Source: Scyliorhinus canicula (Eukaryota). From it: 64,000 bases of DNA. The position numbers and the translations under genes were made by a program. The stretch is taken from assembly GCF_902713615.1 (NCBI RefSeq), contig NC_052171.1:1736001-1800000 (forward strand), written 5' to 3'. This document shows positions 11,341-24,476 of the stretch, piece after piece. Position 1 is the stretch's first letter. Each line of letters opens with the position of its first letter. The notes beneath the pieces are model-generated. The model did no database searches. It was not told the DNA's origin and worked only from the letters and a program-made list of their open reading frames with translations.

Positions 11341-12544
11341 CTACGAAATCAGGTTTCAAGAGTTTCCAGAATGTTTTGGATTCAGTCACACAAGTTCATT
11401 GAGGTTTCAACAAGCTCAACCTTTATTCCTAATGTACTCTCAATGTGACCAGGAAACCTAATTGTTGGCTAAGGAAACGTTTGATGGAGAAGCTGAGGGA
11501 TGTGTCAGAACTGCAAAGGCATTACTTTGACAATATGAGGATTTTCAACTAGCTCGCTTGAGTTTGTAGATCCTCACTCTTGCAAAATGGATTGGCTCTT
11601 TGCTCTTGGGAAAGTTACTCTTGGGAAAGACGGTCGCAGATACTCCTACCTTTCCAAGTATATTAACTCCGTCGGTCAAAGATACAGACAAAGTACAAGA
11701 GGCTGCACTGAGAGAGGTTTCCTACTGGCGAGCTGGTCCCGCCAGCGGAACGGCTGCTCGTAAATCGGGGCGCCGTATTGATTGGCAGGCCCTATCTTTT
11801 CCCCACAGCCCCTCCAATTTTCTCCCCCCCCCCCCCCCCCCACACTCCCCCAACCTTGTCAAGACCCCTGGGAAGACACCCCCCCCCCCCTTCCAATTGG
11901 CAAGCTCCCCACCCCGAGTCCTGGCAGTGGCACCTTGGTGCCAGGCTGGCAGTGCCAGGGTACCACCACCCGGGGCAGCCTGCAATGGCCTGCAAGACCA
12001 CCCGGAGTCGCCAAAGGCATGCAAGACCCCCTGAAGTGCTGTTAGACCTGGTCCACATTTGTGTGGGTCAGTACTAAATGGCGCCTGGCAAGGTCTCGCA
12101 GGCACAGCCATTGAGTCCTGGGCATCGGGTGAATCCGGCGTCTGGATATTTAAATGAACCATTAGGCTCGTTTAAAGATGCGGATCTGGTCCTCTCCCAG
12201 CCCGGTGAGATCTATGCAGTTATCACTGGGCGGAGTGTGTCAGGTAACTCGCAATTGATCCAGCGCTGAATATTTCCTATGAAACTTCAAAACATTGAAA
12301 TCTTCAAAATAATGAGGAGACTGTTTCCATGAACATCAAAAAACGCTGAAACTTGAACAAAAGTTGACACAAAGTCTCACAAAGGGTTCTTTGTAACTGT
12401 CTGAATGAACTAACATATCATCAGGTGATCTGAGATTCTAGGAGAAGGCAGTCTGGAAAGAGCAAGTAGAAGACAATGTTCTCAGAACTGTAAATATGTT
12501 ACAATGAAGTTAAAGCGATTGCAGCTGGCAGTCTTTGGCAATTA

Positions 12545-13000
12545 CTGAAACTCCTCCAACCCACCAACACAATAATCAGGGTAGTGGAGGTCGCGGGTTT
12601 GGAAGGTGCTGTCAAAGGAGCCTTTCTGAGTTGCTGTAGGGTACCCTGTAGCTGGTACACTGACTGCTGGCATTGCACATCGCTGGTGAAGGAAATTAGT
12701 ATTTAAAGTTCCATTCAAATGGGCTGCTTTGTCCTGGATGGTATTGAGCTTCCTGAGTGTTGTTGGAGCTGCACTAATCCAGACAAATGGAGAGTATACC
12801 ACCACACTTTTGACTTGTGCCTCGTGGTCAGGCTTTGGGTAGTCAGGTGGTGAGTTACTCATTGCAGGATTCCTAGCCTCTGACCTGCTCTTGTAGCGAC
12901 AGTATTTATAGTTGGCCTAGTTAAGTTTCTGGTCAATGGTAAACCCCAGGTTAGTGGGAGTTCCAGTGATGGTAATGCCGTTAAATGTCGTTAAATGCCG
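12545..13000 (-). mobile_element. LINE (CR1/L2 group) RT C-terminal fragment
   Basis: AQVKSVVVYSPFVWISAAPTTLRKLNTIQDKAAHL. Confidence 0.6.
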
Positions 13001-13004
13001 TTAA

Positions 13005-16000
13005 AGGGCACACCTCACCTCATGAGTTCAGCTCTGTTAGTCAACTGCAGCACTATGATGTGCAAAAACTGCAATCAGGAAGGTCATCTGAGAAAGGGTT
13101 GCAAGCATACTAAATGCTGACACCGTCTGGTGGGCAGGCCACCTCAAAGGCATGCCAAAATGCTGCCTCATTTAAGCCCAGACGGCGAGAGCCAAGGAGG
13201 AGCGGGCAGACAAAATGGTAATCATGTCTACCATAAAGAAGACCTGCAACCCATTACCAACCAAGCCCTCGGGTGAGCAAAGATGGACAGAGGGAGGAAG
13301 AAAAAGGTTGAGTCAGCAGCACTGTTCTCCCAGTCTCAACTCAGCATTTTGAATCAATGGAGGAGGAACCAGCAGAGGCACAACTGGGGAAGTAGCAACT
13401 GTTGAAGAAGACCAAAAACAAGAAGGTGCCAAGAAGGGACCAAGGCACTTGCAAGACATGACATTCACCGACAGGGAGTGCTATTCAGTTCGGAAGAACA
13501 AGGACGTCACCGACACAAGAAGCAGTAAAGCACTAAGGAGCTGGAGAAGAAGAAGAAACCATGCTCCAAAATATTTGTAACAGTGTAAAGGCCCAAGCTC
13601 CAAGCCTCAGGAAGCCAGGAGCAGCAACACTTCAAAGGGGAATGGATTGGAAAGACTTATCCAACGGAGGATATCCCGAACCTTGTTCCTTGCATGAATC
13701 CCTCCCGACAGAACCCAGGCGGAACATTCTAGCAGGGGTGGACCAAGGTGGTTTTCTCACCCCAAGACCAGCAAGCCAATCTGTGAACACTATGAGTGAA
13801 ATGGGTGAAAACATTGTCTCCATTAACAAGCATAGCCTTAAATCTACTGCGCAATGTGTTTCAATCTTGTGTTACCTTGCCGAGGTCAAAGTTGACTTGC
13901 TTCTGCAAAAGTGCAGAAAACGGCACCTCAGCTCCTGCAGGCAGTGGTGGTGATGGTTGTACCATGGGACATTGATCTGGTCAAGAGGAATCATTTGGGA
14001 ATTCTGCGTGGGGACCAACTCCAAAGCAATGGAGGTGTTGCCAGGTGCCACCTTGTGGAAGACGTTCCAGTTCAGTTCATGAGCATGTACTCAAAGCAGC
14101 AGCTGCCCATCCTTACACAGCTCCCATTGCTGCTAGCACCATCCTGGCTGGTCATTCCAGCCAATAACTTCATGGATGTGGCTGGATAATCTGGCAGAGC
14201 CATCAGAAAACTGTATACCTTGTCCAGGCTCCTGCTGCACGGTACCACCAACAACCTGCAGATGGCACAAATACATCTGATTCAGGCCAGATGGGTCAGT
14301 CTGTTCCGGTTGGGGGTCCGAACTTTCACGGTCAGCTCCGCCAACATCAAGCCGGTGTTCTTCTGATCACTGCCTCCTGCAGGCCATCTGTCACCTACAG
14401 GAGAACCAGGTAGTTGGCAGAGGGACAAAGAAGCTGAGTGTGAGTTAATTGACCCAGGAAATCTTGAGGAACTCAAAGTGCATTACAAAGGTTGGAGAAC
14501 AATCAAACTCATCTTTGTATTCCCAAAGGACAGGTAGGAGTATGCTTCTGGCCAGCAGCCTGTCAAAATGCAGAAAGAAATGCCGATAAAAAGATTTTTT
14601 AAAAAGGAATGCAGAAAGAAAGGCATCAACACCCTCATCTATGAGCAGAAGGGAGAGATGGAAGAAATGAGAAGTTGCCGAGTCATTTCACTGCTGAATG
14701 TGGACAACAAAATTCTGACCACAGTCATTGCCAATCAGGTCAAGTCTGGAGTTGTCGATCCATCCTGACCAGACCTGTGCTATATCCAGCAGCAGGATCT
14801 CTGAGTGCCTCACTTTACGCAAGGATATGATTGCCTGTCTGGTGGACTGGAAGGTGACTCATGAGGTTGGACCAGGAGAGGGCCTTTGACAGCATGTTAA
14901 ACACCTATACGATGTAGTTTGGAAAGGGAATCCACAATTGGATACGACTGCTCAACACAACCAGATGTGCATCAGGCCTTAGGAGCAAAACTGATCCGTG
15001 ACAAGAGTGAGGTTATGTTCTTTTGGAACTGGGCTCGCCGATAACTTCCCCTTTCACCGTCAGGTCAGACTATCTGAATGCGCTGGGATATGGTTCAGAG
15101 GGGTGTGGGGCATGTGTTATAAACTGCAAGAAGATTGCAGCTGTGGTGAAACATAAACTTGAACAACACTCCCTCTTAATTGCAGGTAAGAACCTGATTA
15201 TAAGGTTCAAGGTGCTCTCAGTAAAGCTGTATGTGGTACAGGTCTGGCTCATTTCCACTCAGGTACGATGGTGGTCATTTATGGAGGTAGCAAATGGACT
15301 GTGTCTGCAGCAACACGTCTAAAGTCGGAGAGGGGGACATACCAACATCATCCTGATACAGGATGTGCTTAGCTGCATCAATCTGTGTACAGTCCCTTGG
15401 TATGCAAGTGTCACCGCATGCTGAGGTACTTGTCCCGGTGTAGCGAAGAATGGAACTGCCAACATTGCCACATGATGCTCCAGAAAGTTGGATCAGTTGT
15501 ACCACCTGGAAAAGCTTATGCGAAGAAACTCCTTTGACCACAAGTCAGGCCGTGGTCAGCAGATAACGTCCTTGAGACCCTGCGGGAAAGGGAGCTGTGA
15601 TCTTGCCGAATGGATCAAATGAACCTGAGCACACATTTGGCAGAATACCTCTTTGCCAAAACTTTCAAATAAGCACTCAGCTGTAGCTTGGCTAGTGGTG
15701 AGAAAGGTCAGCCCATCAGCAGAAACATGAGATCTCATTCCTTCTGTGGTGGCTGTGAAGGGGAAGGGAACCATTATCCACCTCCTTCTGGAATGTGCCT
15801 TTAGTCTGGGAAGAGATTAAATGTTTTTTCTCGAGGTTCATCCCAATAGGATGTGGGGTAATCTACTGATCAGATTCCTCTGCGTTGGCGATACAGTTCT
15901 CTGGACTCTAGGTTGTTTCCAGGGATGAAAACATCAACTGCAGTTGGAGGACGAGTGAAAGACATTCTTTGGAATTTGATCTACCAGTGCAATGTCAAGA

Positions 16001-16140
16001 GTATTATGGCACCTCAGACTGGAACATGCTGTGTGGAGAAAAATTCAATTCATTTGCAGTTCTTGTAATATTCAATTTGAAATGTTTTGGAAAATGCTTT
16101 TGAAAATGTTATGAAGGAAGTATATTTTTGGATAAAAGAA
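13005..16140 (+). mobile_element. Decayed Tx1/L1-clade LINE
   Basis: Zinc knuckle CKNCNQEGHLRKGC near 13061; RT entry motif KGINTLIYEQKG...RVISLLNVDNKIL at 14568-14768; many stops. Confidence 0.7.
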
Positions 16141-16786
16141 AAGCCAGAAGAGGAACCAGAAGAATACAAAAGAAGAAGAAGCTGATGCAGCTCGAACTGT
16201 GCCCTGGCTGCAGCAGGAAGTAAAAAATCTTGTGCAGTCTCTCACCTGCCTGTTTGTTAGCATAAATCTTTGCTTCATAAATCTTCTATTTGTCTTGGAT
16301 GGCTTTGTTGTCTGCTTTGACTTTTATTTGGACCAAGAACATTTGTCCAAAACTGACACCTCAACGAGGCTCCATTATCCAATCCAGAATGGTTAAACAA
16401 ATAAAAGACGACACAAATTAATCTCTCAGTGATTCAGCGGGAAATTGTCCTGAGCCAAATTGACCAGGTGGGTTCTGGCTTGCATTCTCCTGTCACTGTG
16501 AGTTACGGCAAACCTCTGTTTAAGTTAGATAGGGTATAAGATCAGCCAATTGTTACTGTTGCTGATCTCCTGCCAATGCCCTGCATTGTGAGGATCTGGT
16601 GCTGCAGCTGTACTGAGCCATTGTCCAGGCTGCCATGGAGAACAGGAACGATTAATCGAACTGTCTCCCAGTATGAGTTACCATTTTCTGAAGAGGAGTA
16701 ATGGGAAGTTAACCAGAAGAATGTTTTATTGAAACATAAACAATTCCATTTGATATTGACAGGAACTTCATCCTCACCCCTTTCCA

Positions 16787-17012
16787 GGGCAGCACGGTGG
16801 TAAAGTGGGTTAGCCCTGCTGCCTCACGGCGCCAAGGTCCCAGGTTCGATCCCGGCTCTGGGTCACTGTCCATGTGGAGTTTGCACATTCTCCCCGTGTT
16901 TGCGTGGGTTTCGCACCCACAATCCAAAGATGTGCACGCTAGGTGGATTGGCCATGCTAAATTGCACCTTAATTGGAAAAAATTAATTGGGTACTCTTAA
17001 AAAAAAATTTTT
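16787..17012 (+). mobile_element. SINE, A-rich tail, with TSD
   Basis: Flanked by TCACCCCTTTCCA direct repeats. Confidence 0.85.
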
Positions 17013-17229
17013 TAATCACCCCTTTCCAAAAATCCACCAAGTGCAGAAGTTAGATATGCATGAAGTCACCACACAGCTCAAAGGAGAGCTGTAAATTTGA
17101 AATGTTTTTTTTAGAAGCAAATCTGCATTTAATTGGGTCCTGTACTCAATTTGGTCAGGAGATACGGAAGAGAAAGGAAGCACATTCCCACAGGATACTG
17201 GCCCACCTTCTTATGAACAGTTTGATATT

Positions 17230-18125
17230 GACATCAGGAGAGGCTGGAATATTGTGTACTGTGCTGGGGGCTTATAGAAAGGTTGTGAATGCATTGAAGT
17301 TCAGAAGATGGTTTACAAGGATAGTTCCAGGGATGAGAAACTTCAGTTATGAGGATAGACTGGAGAGGTTGGGACAGTTCTCCTTCACGCAGAGAAGATT
17401 AAAAGATTTGATAGAGATGTTTAGAATCATGAGGGACTGGACAGAGTAGATAGGGAGAAAGAGTTCCCACTTGTAAAACAGATCAAAAATGAGAGCCACC
17501 GGAGGAAACCCATGCAGACACGGGGAGACGTGCAGACTCCGCACGACAGTGACCCAAGCCATATGAAAATCGCTTATTGTCACGAGTAGGCTTCAATGAA
17601 GTTACTGTGAAAAGCCTCTAGTCGCCACATTCCGGCGCCTGTCCGGGGAGGCTGGTACGGGAATCAAACAGTGCTGCTGACCTGCTTGGTCTGCTTTAAA
17701 AGCCAGCGATTTAGCTCAGTGAGCTAAACCAGCCCCTTAACACTGCAATGAAGTTACGCTGAAACCCCCTCGTCGCCACATTCCAGCGCCTGTTCGGGTA
17801 CACCGAGGGAGAATTCTGAATTCCAATTCATCGAACAAGCATGTCTTTCAGAACATGTGGGAGGAAACTGGAGCGCCCGGAGGAAACCCACGTGTGCACA
17901 GGGAAGAACGTGCAGACTCCGTACAGACAGTGACCCAAGGCGGGGATTGAACCTGTGACCTAGCACTGTGAAGCAATAGTGCTAACCACAGTGCTACCAT
18001 GCCACCTTGAATAGAAGCAATGTGTATGGGGAAACGGTAGTGGAATGACACTTCGTCATGATGCTCATTTGGAGTTGGTACAGACACGATGGGCTAAATG
18101 GCCTCCTGCACCATAATAATCCTGT
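17230..18125. mobile_element. CR1 3' fragment (+) interrupted by nested minus-strand SINEs (about 17498-18005)
   Basis: RRWFTRIVPGMRNFSYEDRLERLG CR1 motif; SINE cores on minus. Confidence 0.7.
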
Positions 18126-19351
18126 GTTCAAAGCACTTCTCAGATTCAAGCAAGGATTTTATTAAAAAGCAATTTTTAAATGTCCTCATTGTGGAATGAT
18201 CTTTGCACCCACAAGTGCTTTACATGCTGAAATAACTATTTTTAGTGTCCAGTGCCTGCTGTTTTATATCAACTATTCTGCATTCATAATGTCCCATCAG
18301 TAAATCTATGCTTTTTTTCATGACTTTTCCGGGAGGAGGAAGTTCTTGCTCTCTTTCAAGTAACCACATGGCAACTTAAATGTCCATCTGAATGACCAGA
18401 GCAGGCAACTTAGTTCACACCACATTCAAATGGTGCTTCACTACAAAAGTGGAAAGTCAGTCTCAATCCCTTCCCATCCACAACATTCTCTTCACCATGT
18501 GCTGGGCATTCCATTAGTGCCACATTGAAATTTCTACAAGCATTCTTGCAAATCTTTTATCTTTCTTGTGCAGTAAATTTGATTTGATATTGTCTGAATT
18601 GTGGCTATTCGGAGTGGAGTGAACCAAAAAGTAGAAATTGAATTATTTGTAACTTCTCGACAGATTCTCATTACTTTTTCCATTTAGTGATTTTATGTAG
18701 TTAGTACCGAGGATTGGATGTTAATCAGTTTCTTCTTTCTTCATCTAACCGTAGGTGCTTAGGTACAGCACAGGTTGGATGGAAAATGAAGCTTCAGCTA
18801 CACCCAAACTCAAGAGAAGCACCACTGCAGCAGTAATGTAAGTTTGACCATTTCTTACCAGCCCACCTGAGTGAGATTGTCAGATTCTGTGTTGCATATG
18901 GATTGTATAATGCTCGAGAGCTACTATAGTCCTGCGAACTGTAGAGATTTTCCTCCATCAGTTTCAGTTCAAAGGGCAGGGTGCTAAACGACTGAACCAT
19001 CAAACATGCTCAGCTTATTTTGATTCATTCGAAAGATGAGATGAATTGCGACATAAAATTCTATGCAGATTTCACACACTTGGAATCTCATCTGCCTCTG
19101 TAAAATAAATGCAGGTAGCAATAAGTTGTCATTGTGCCACTGTTTCTGAGGTGTGGCAAGTGCAGCAGTGCGGAAAATGCCAGTACAACCATCATCGAGA
19201 GGTGTTGGGTTCAATTTGGTAACCATCCACTGATGATGGGCATACAGTTAACACACTGCAGTTTTTAAAACTACATTCGCATTCTCTGCTGGTGACTTGT
19301 GAAAAGGCATCTATGATGCAGGAACAATGCTCCTCTGGTACCTTAGCCTAC

Positions 19352-20300
19352 AGCAGTCATTTTCAACCCCAGGTTGCGACCCATGGGTAGGTCGCAGGTG
19401 GGTGGCGGGAGGGCCGCAGGGCCATGCGTCAGAGTTCCCGATTGCGGGACCATGCGCTGCGGCATTCCAGATTACGGAAAGCAGTGCCCAAAAGCATGAC
19501 TGGCTTTTATAAATGCCGGCCCTTTCGCGCATACATGACCCCTCAGCAGGCGCAGGCCCAGAGCCAAGCGAGGCAGAACACCTCCTTCTGAGATGAGCAA
19601 GCTGACCCATTAGCAGATGATTTTTTTTAAATAGCCGGAGTCTTCCTGCCTGGAGCAGTGGCAGGTCACGTATGCTGACGTCAGGTGGCACGTGGCACAG
19701 TGGTTAGTACTGGAACTACAGCGCTGAGGACCCGGCCCTGCGTCACTGTCCGTGTGGAGTTTGCACATTCTCCCCGTGTCTGCGTGCGTTTCACCCCCAC
19801 AACCCAAAAATATGCAGGGTAGGTGGATTGGCCACGCTAAGTTGCCCCTTAATTGGAAAAAAAAAATTGGGTACTCTAAATTTATAACAAAAAGAAGAAG
19901 AAAAAACGTATGCTGATGTGACCTGTTCTGGGTGCGAGAGATTCCTCCATTTTGCAGCTGCCAGCAGTGCTGGTGACCAACCGATGAAGAAGCTGAAAAC
20001 AGGAACAAAAGCAGCATAAAGATGATTACTTGAGGTGTGAGTTTAATCATTGTGCCACTGCAAATAAGAATTTGCCATTCATGTGTGTTATATGCAGGGA
20101 AGCACTGGCAATTGAAAGTTTAAAACCCTCAAAACTTTGAAGATATTTGAAGGCTAAACATTGGCGAGGTTGAGGATTAAGGAAGGCGACCATATTGAGG
20201 TTGAGGACAAAGGTCTTGATTTTTTTTCAACGGATGCAGTGTGATCTTAATTCATCAGCTGAAGTCATTAAAAGAAATGTAACATTAAATAACAAAGTGG
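19352..20300 (+). mobile_element. hAT (Buster/Charlie-like) remnant with internal SINE (19685-19885)
   Basis: Shares sequence with 55546-56885; degenerate MCVICRE.LA.ESLKPSKL motif near 20080-20140. Confidence 0.55.
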
Positions 20301-20305
20301 AGTTT

Positions 20306-21170
20306 TGTTGCTCTGTTTATCTGGTTCTAAATATTGCGGTCAATATGGTCGCCTTCCTTAATCCTGATTATGTTTGCTCTAGAGTCGCCAGGTATCTTTC
20401 AATACCGCCACATGGTTCAAACCCAAATACGGATCAAAGAACCAATGCACCAGTTAGTTAGTTCAAAGTCAATACTATTTATTTACACACACAGTAATAT
20501 CTACTCTCATGCACAAATACCATAAACTAAACTATCTCTAACACTAACGCCGATACTTAACTTCGGGTGCCCACTCAGTCAGAGGAACAATGGCCGTTGT
20601 TTGGATCTGAGGCTATTGGGTGCAAAGGTGAAACAGGAGAACAGCTAAGGTCGTCCGTCTGATGGTGAGCGTTGACCTTGGACTTACTGCTTCCGGTGCA
20701 GCTGGTGGACGGGTCTCTCCGCTTCGAGAGCCGAGCCCAAGAGAGCGATTCTCTCTCGGAGGCTTCTTCTTATACCCACAGGGGGCTTCGCGCACTTTTG
20801 GGCAGGCCTTGAACTTGGCCCCAATTAATTGGACCGCATCATGATCATCGGTATCGATCTTGACCAATAAAGGGTTGGGTGTCCTGATGGCTGGGCGTGT
20901 CTTAGGTGGCCATTGGCCTTGCTTTGTTTGTGTCTTTCTGGCGCTGGGATGTCTGCCTCAGTATCGGTTACTTGAATGTTATTCCTTTGTCCCCGGAGAT
21001 GGGCCATCAATATGCTAATTGATCTACAGTTTCAGTCTCGTCTGAGAGTTGCCCTCTCAATACGCATCCAGACTCTGTGCCTGCCTGCTTTCTTAGCACT
21101 GTCCATGTTTCCCTATAGTCTTTGCAAATATCCATTTGTATTCTGGAAGTGGCCATCCCAGATGGCTACA
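20306..21170 (-). mobile_element. Solo LTR related to the 44709-54526 provirus, inserted in a SINE
   Basis: TGTTG...ATGGCTACA termini; 4-bp TSD GTTT (20302-20305, 21171-21174) splitting the SINE core GTGGAGTTT|GCACAT. Confidence 0.85.
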
Positions 21171-21388
21171 GTTTGCACATTTGTCCCGTGTCTGCGTGGG
21201 TTTCCTTCGGGTGTTCCAGTTTCCTCTCCCAAGTCCCGAAAGACGTGCTTGTTAGGTGAATTGGACATTCTGAATTAACCCTCAGTGGACCTGAACAGGC
21301 GCCGGAGTGTGGCGACTAGGGGATTTTCACAATAACTTCATTGCACTGTTAATATAAGCCTACTTCTGACAATAATTAAGATTATTAT
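21171..21388 (+). mobile_element. SINE 3' part
   Basis: Core and GATTATTAT tail. Confidence 0.8.
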
Positions 21389-21883
21389 AACAAAGCCGTG
21401 AATGCGACATAATCCCATTCAGAGAAAATAGCAAGGAAGAAGGTGAAGAAAGCAGGTATGCAGATTAAACAATTGGTTCCTCAAACAAAAAAATGAAAGT
21501 GCTATGATGACCGGTTTGAAAAATATTTAATTTTGTGTGCACATAGAATGAAACAATTGCAGTGAAATATGCCACCTATTGCAATATGTTACCCCTTAAA
21601 AATGAGCTGATTAGCTGAAATAAGGTTTCCTAATTTGAGAGACATTGCTGAAATGCAACAGGATGGGCAGTAATCCCACATGTCCTCTTTACATCTACAC
21701 ATACATACACTCTTCAGGCATCAGTCACAGTATTTCAGATCATGGAAACTTTTATAAAGTGTTTATTTATTTCCTGCCTATTACATCTCAACACATCACA
21801 GTCATTAATTACTGTTCTTGACACTGTTATTTGGATAAATATGGCATAAAGTGTCCCACAAATGGTAAATGAGATGATAACCA

Positions 21884-22085
21884 GGGCGGCACGGTGGCAC
21901 AGTGGTTAGCACTGCTGCCTCATGCCGCCAAATACCCGGGTTCGATCCCGGCCCCGAGTCACTGTCCGTGTGAAGTTTGCACATTCTCCACATGTCTGCG
22001 TGGATCTCACCCCCACAGCCCAAAGATGTGCACGGGAGGTGGATTGGCCATGCTAAATTTCCTCTTCATTGGGGAAAAAAATAAT
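21884..22085 (+). mobile_element. SINE
   Basis: Head and core match other copies. Confidence 0.8.
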
Positions 22086-24476
22086 TTGATAATCAGATTG
22101 TTTTGATTTGGACGAATCATAACAAGCAATTTACAACATATCTTTTCTGCTGCCATAGCGCAACTCGGTCACACTGCCTGATTGCTGCAATGGAAATCTG
22201 GCTGATTTCATTCAATTGAGTTGCCGCTCCGAATCGTCCACATGTTTTTGTCTTTGGAGAGGAATTTGACATTACACTAGCAAAATATGTGCCCAGCCCA
22301 CGATTCTTAAATTACTAGCGACTGTCCTGCAATGCTGTCAACTAAGTCAGAGCATGTTATTTAATACCGACAGGACTACGAAACCACGTAAATCACAATG
22401 TATTATTCAGCTACTCACACATGATTTGTCCCTTTTAAGCCACACTTTTGATAAAACACTTTACACGTGTTAGGAGAACAATTGAACGAAGTGGACAATT
22501 ATCTGGGGACCTCATCGATACATTAAATGTCGGTGCCATGGACCAAAACGGGAATATACATGTAACCCAGCCAATGGTAGTATGAGGCTACTCCCTTCCA
22601 TTTTGAGGCAGGTAGGTTGAGAAAACAAATTCACCTGAAATTTAGCTAATTGCCTTTTTAGAGGCAATAAGACAAAGGTAAAGATTGGAGTATGCAGCTC
22701 TGATGCTAGCTTTAGCAGGAAAAACAAGTTGGAAAAGCTTTAGCAGGATCATCGTAGAGAAATAGCATCCTTTGCTCAAACCTGTATGATTGCGTGAATG
22801 ATTCATGTCACATATCAAACACAATAAATTGTCCACATTCCGTACGCCAACCATCACTGCAATGAGGTTTTCCTCCAAGGTGCCAAGGAGGACCAGTTAT
22901 TATTTCATGTTCATTTCCACCCTCTCAGTGCACCGTTCCTGTCATGGTCGTGCTGGGAGAGATTGTAAAAAAACTGACATATTCCAAACTACATGCGAAG
23001 ACTGAGTTTGTGAACTCTGAAAATATAACAAGTTTATTCATTGTAAAACAAGAGTGTACAGTAGAATAGAAAATACATTCGACACAAACACTGCATTCTT
23101 TAAAAATGACCATGGATGAATGCCCAAGGCCTCTTGCATAAAATATCACCAAGTTGAAAAGAGTAACAAAGATGATCATTCATTTATTACTTCAAAAGTT
23201 GCAAAATTGTGAAAATAGCAGGTTAAAAAAAAAACCTGTTTTGAACCATCCTGAAAATTAACAGATTGGGATGAATTTTCATTTCAATGCATTGGGGAAA
23301 TAATAGGGTATTGTACCGGTAGTTGGAATAAAAGTATGTTCAAAAGGAACGTTGGCTAAGTATGCAAACAAAACGGGAGTTTAAAAAAAGATGACAACAG
23401 ACTGTAGGTGAGAGGGATCACAACTCAATGAGAGGTTGAGAAGAACCTGCCCACCAAGAGGAGAATTGGACTTGGGCTTGAAGTTTAAGACAGCCCACCT
23501 CCATTCCTACAAATGAGGAACAGTGCAGCTGCAAGCCTCAACTCACCACTGTTCCACAAGGCACAACCTTCACGATTGATTTAAAGGCAAAAACATCTGA
23601 TTGAAGAGCGCATTTTAACATCGTCTTGTCCAAATGTCACTCTTGTTACAGAATGCACCTGGTCTCTGTGATAGAAAAAAAACTACAGAAACGTGGAAAT
23701 GCAATGAGAAACCGAAATTGTCAAGCTCTCCAAATATCAGCAGCGTCCTTAAGACTTCACCATAGGGAATATAAAGATTTATCGCAAGCTCAAATCTTTG
23801 CAGTGATCTTTCACGTCTTGTGTATAATGTGAGAATGACAGCCAGCATTCAGTAAAAGACGATCTGTTTAGTAGTTGAAGGATCAGCCTCTTTTCTTAAA
23901 AAACAAACATTCTTGATGCTTTTTGCTCAATGTGGAGTCTCACTGAGCTGTTGGTTCGGTTTAAGTTTTGGAAACATCCACCCTCACACCAAAGCACTGC
24001 AACAAAATGGGGCTGACTTCCCACTCAGTTTACCTCTTGCAAATCCTTCAGGGTTAGGGTTAGAGCTGGACTGCCCGTTTGGAATGGTGGGGTCAGTTCA
24101 GGTGTCCACTATCACACTTTGAATGGGGAGGGCAATTCACAAGCAGGCATCTGAGAAACTGTGTTCATGCTCTGCATATGACTACTTTCAACATCTTTGC
24201 AACTTCAAGATGTTCAAATCGATATTCTGAATGCAGTGTGAGGGCAGAAGGTGAAAGTGGAGAGTCAATGCATCTGCCACCAAGAAACACACACCCATGT
24301 TGTCCCAGGGCGAATATATGACAAAAAAAAATGGCATCAGAAATATATATTGAAAGAAGAGAAATGGGTGGCATGTAAATAACATCTATTAGAATGTACT
24401 CTTAATGGAACTGTAAATATTACACATCTGTTAAATAATTCTGCTCCCAACTCGGGAGCAAAGCCACTGTTTTCAG

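Noticed and set aside
11720-12270. GC-rich MITE-like segment; a similarly unclassified stretch lies at 62660-63830
   Set aside because: Could not define TIRs, TSDs or coding homology
18755-19100. Exon-like splice signals on both strands
   Set aside because: No recognisable protein; a lncRNA exon cannot be supported from sequence alone
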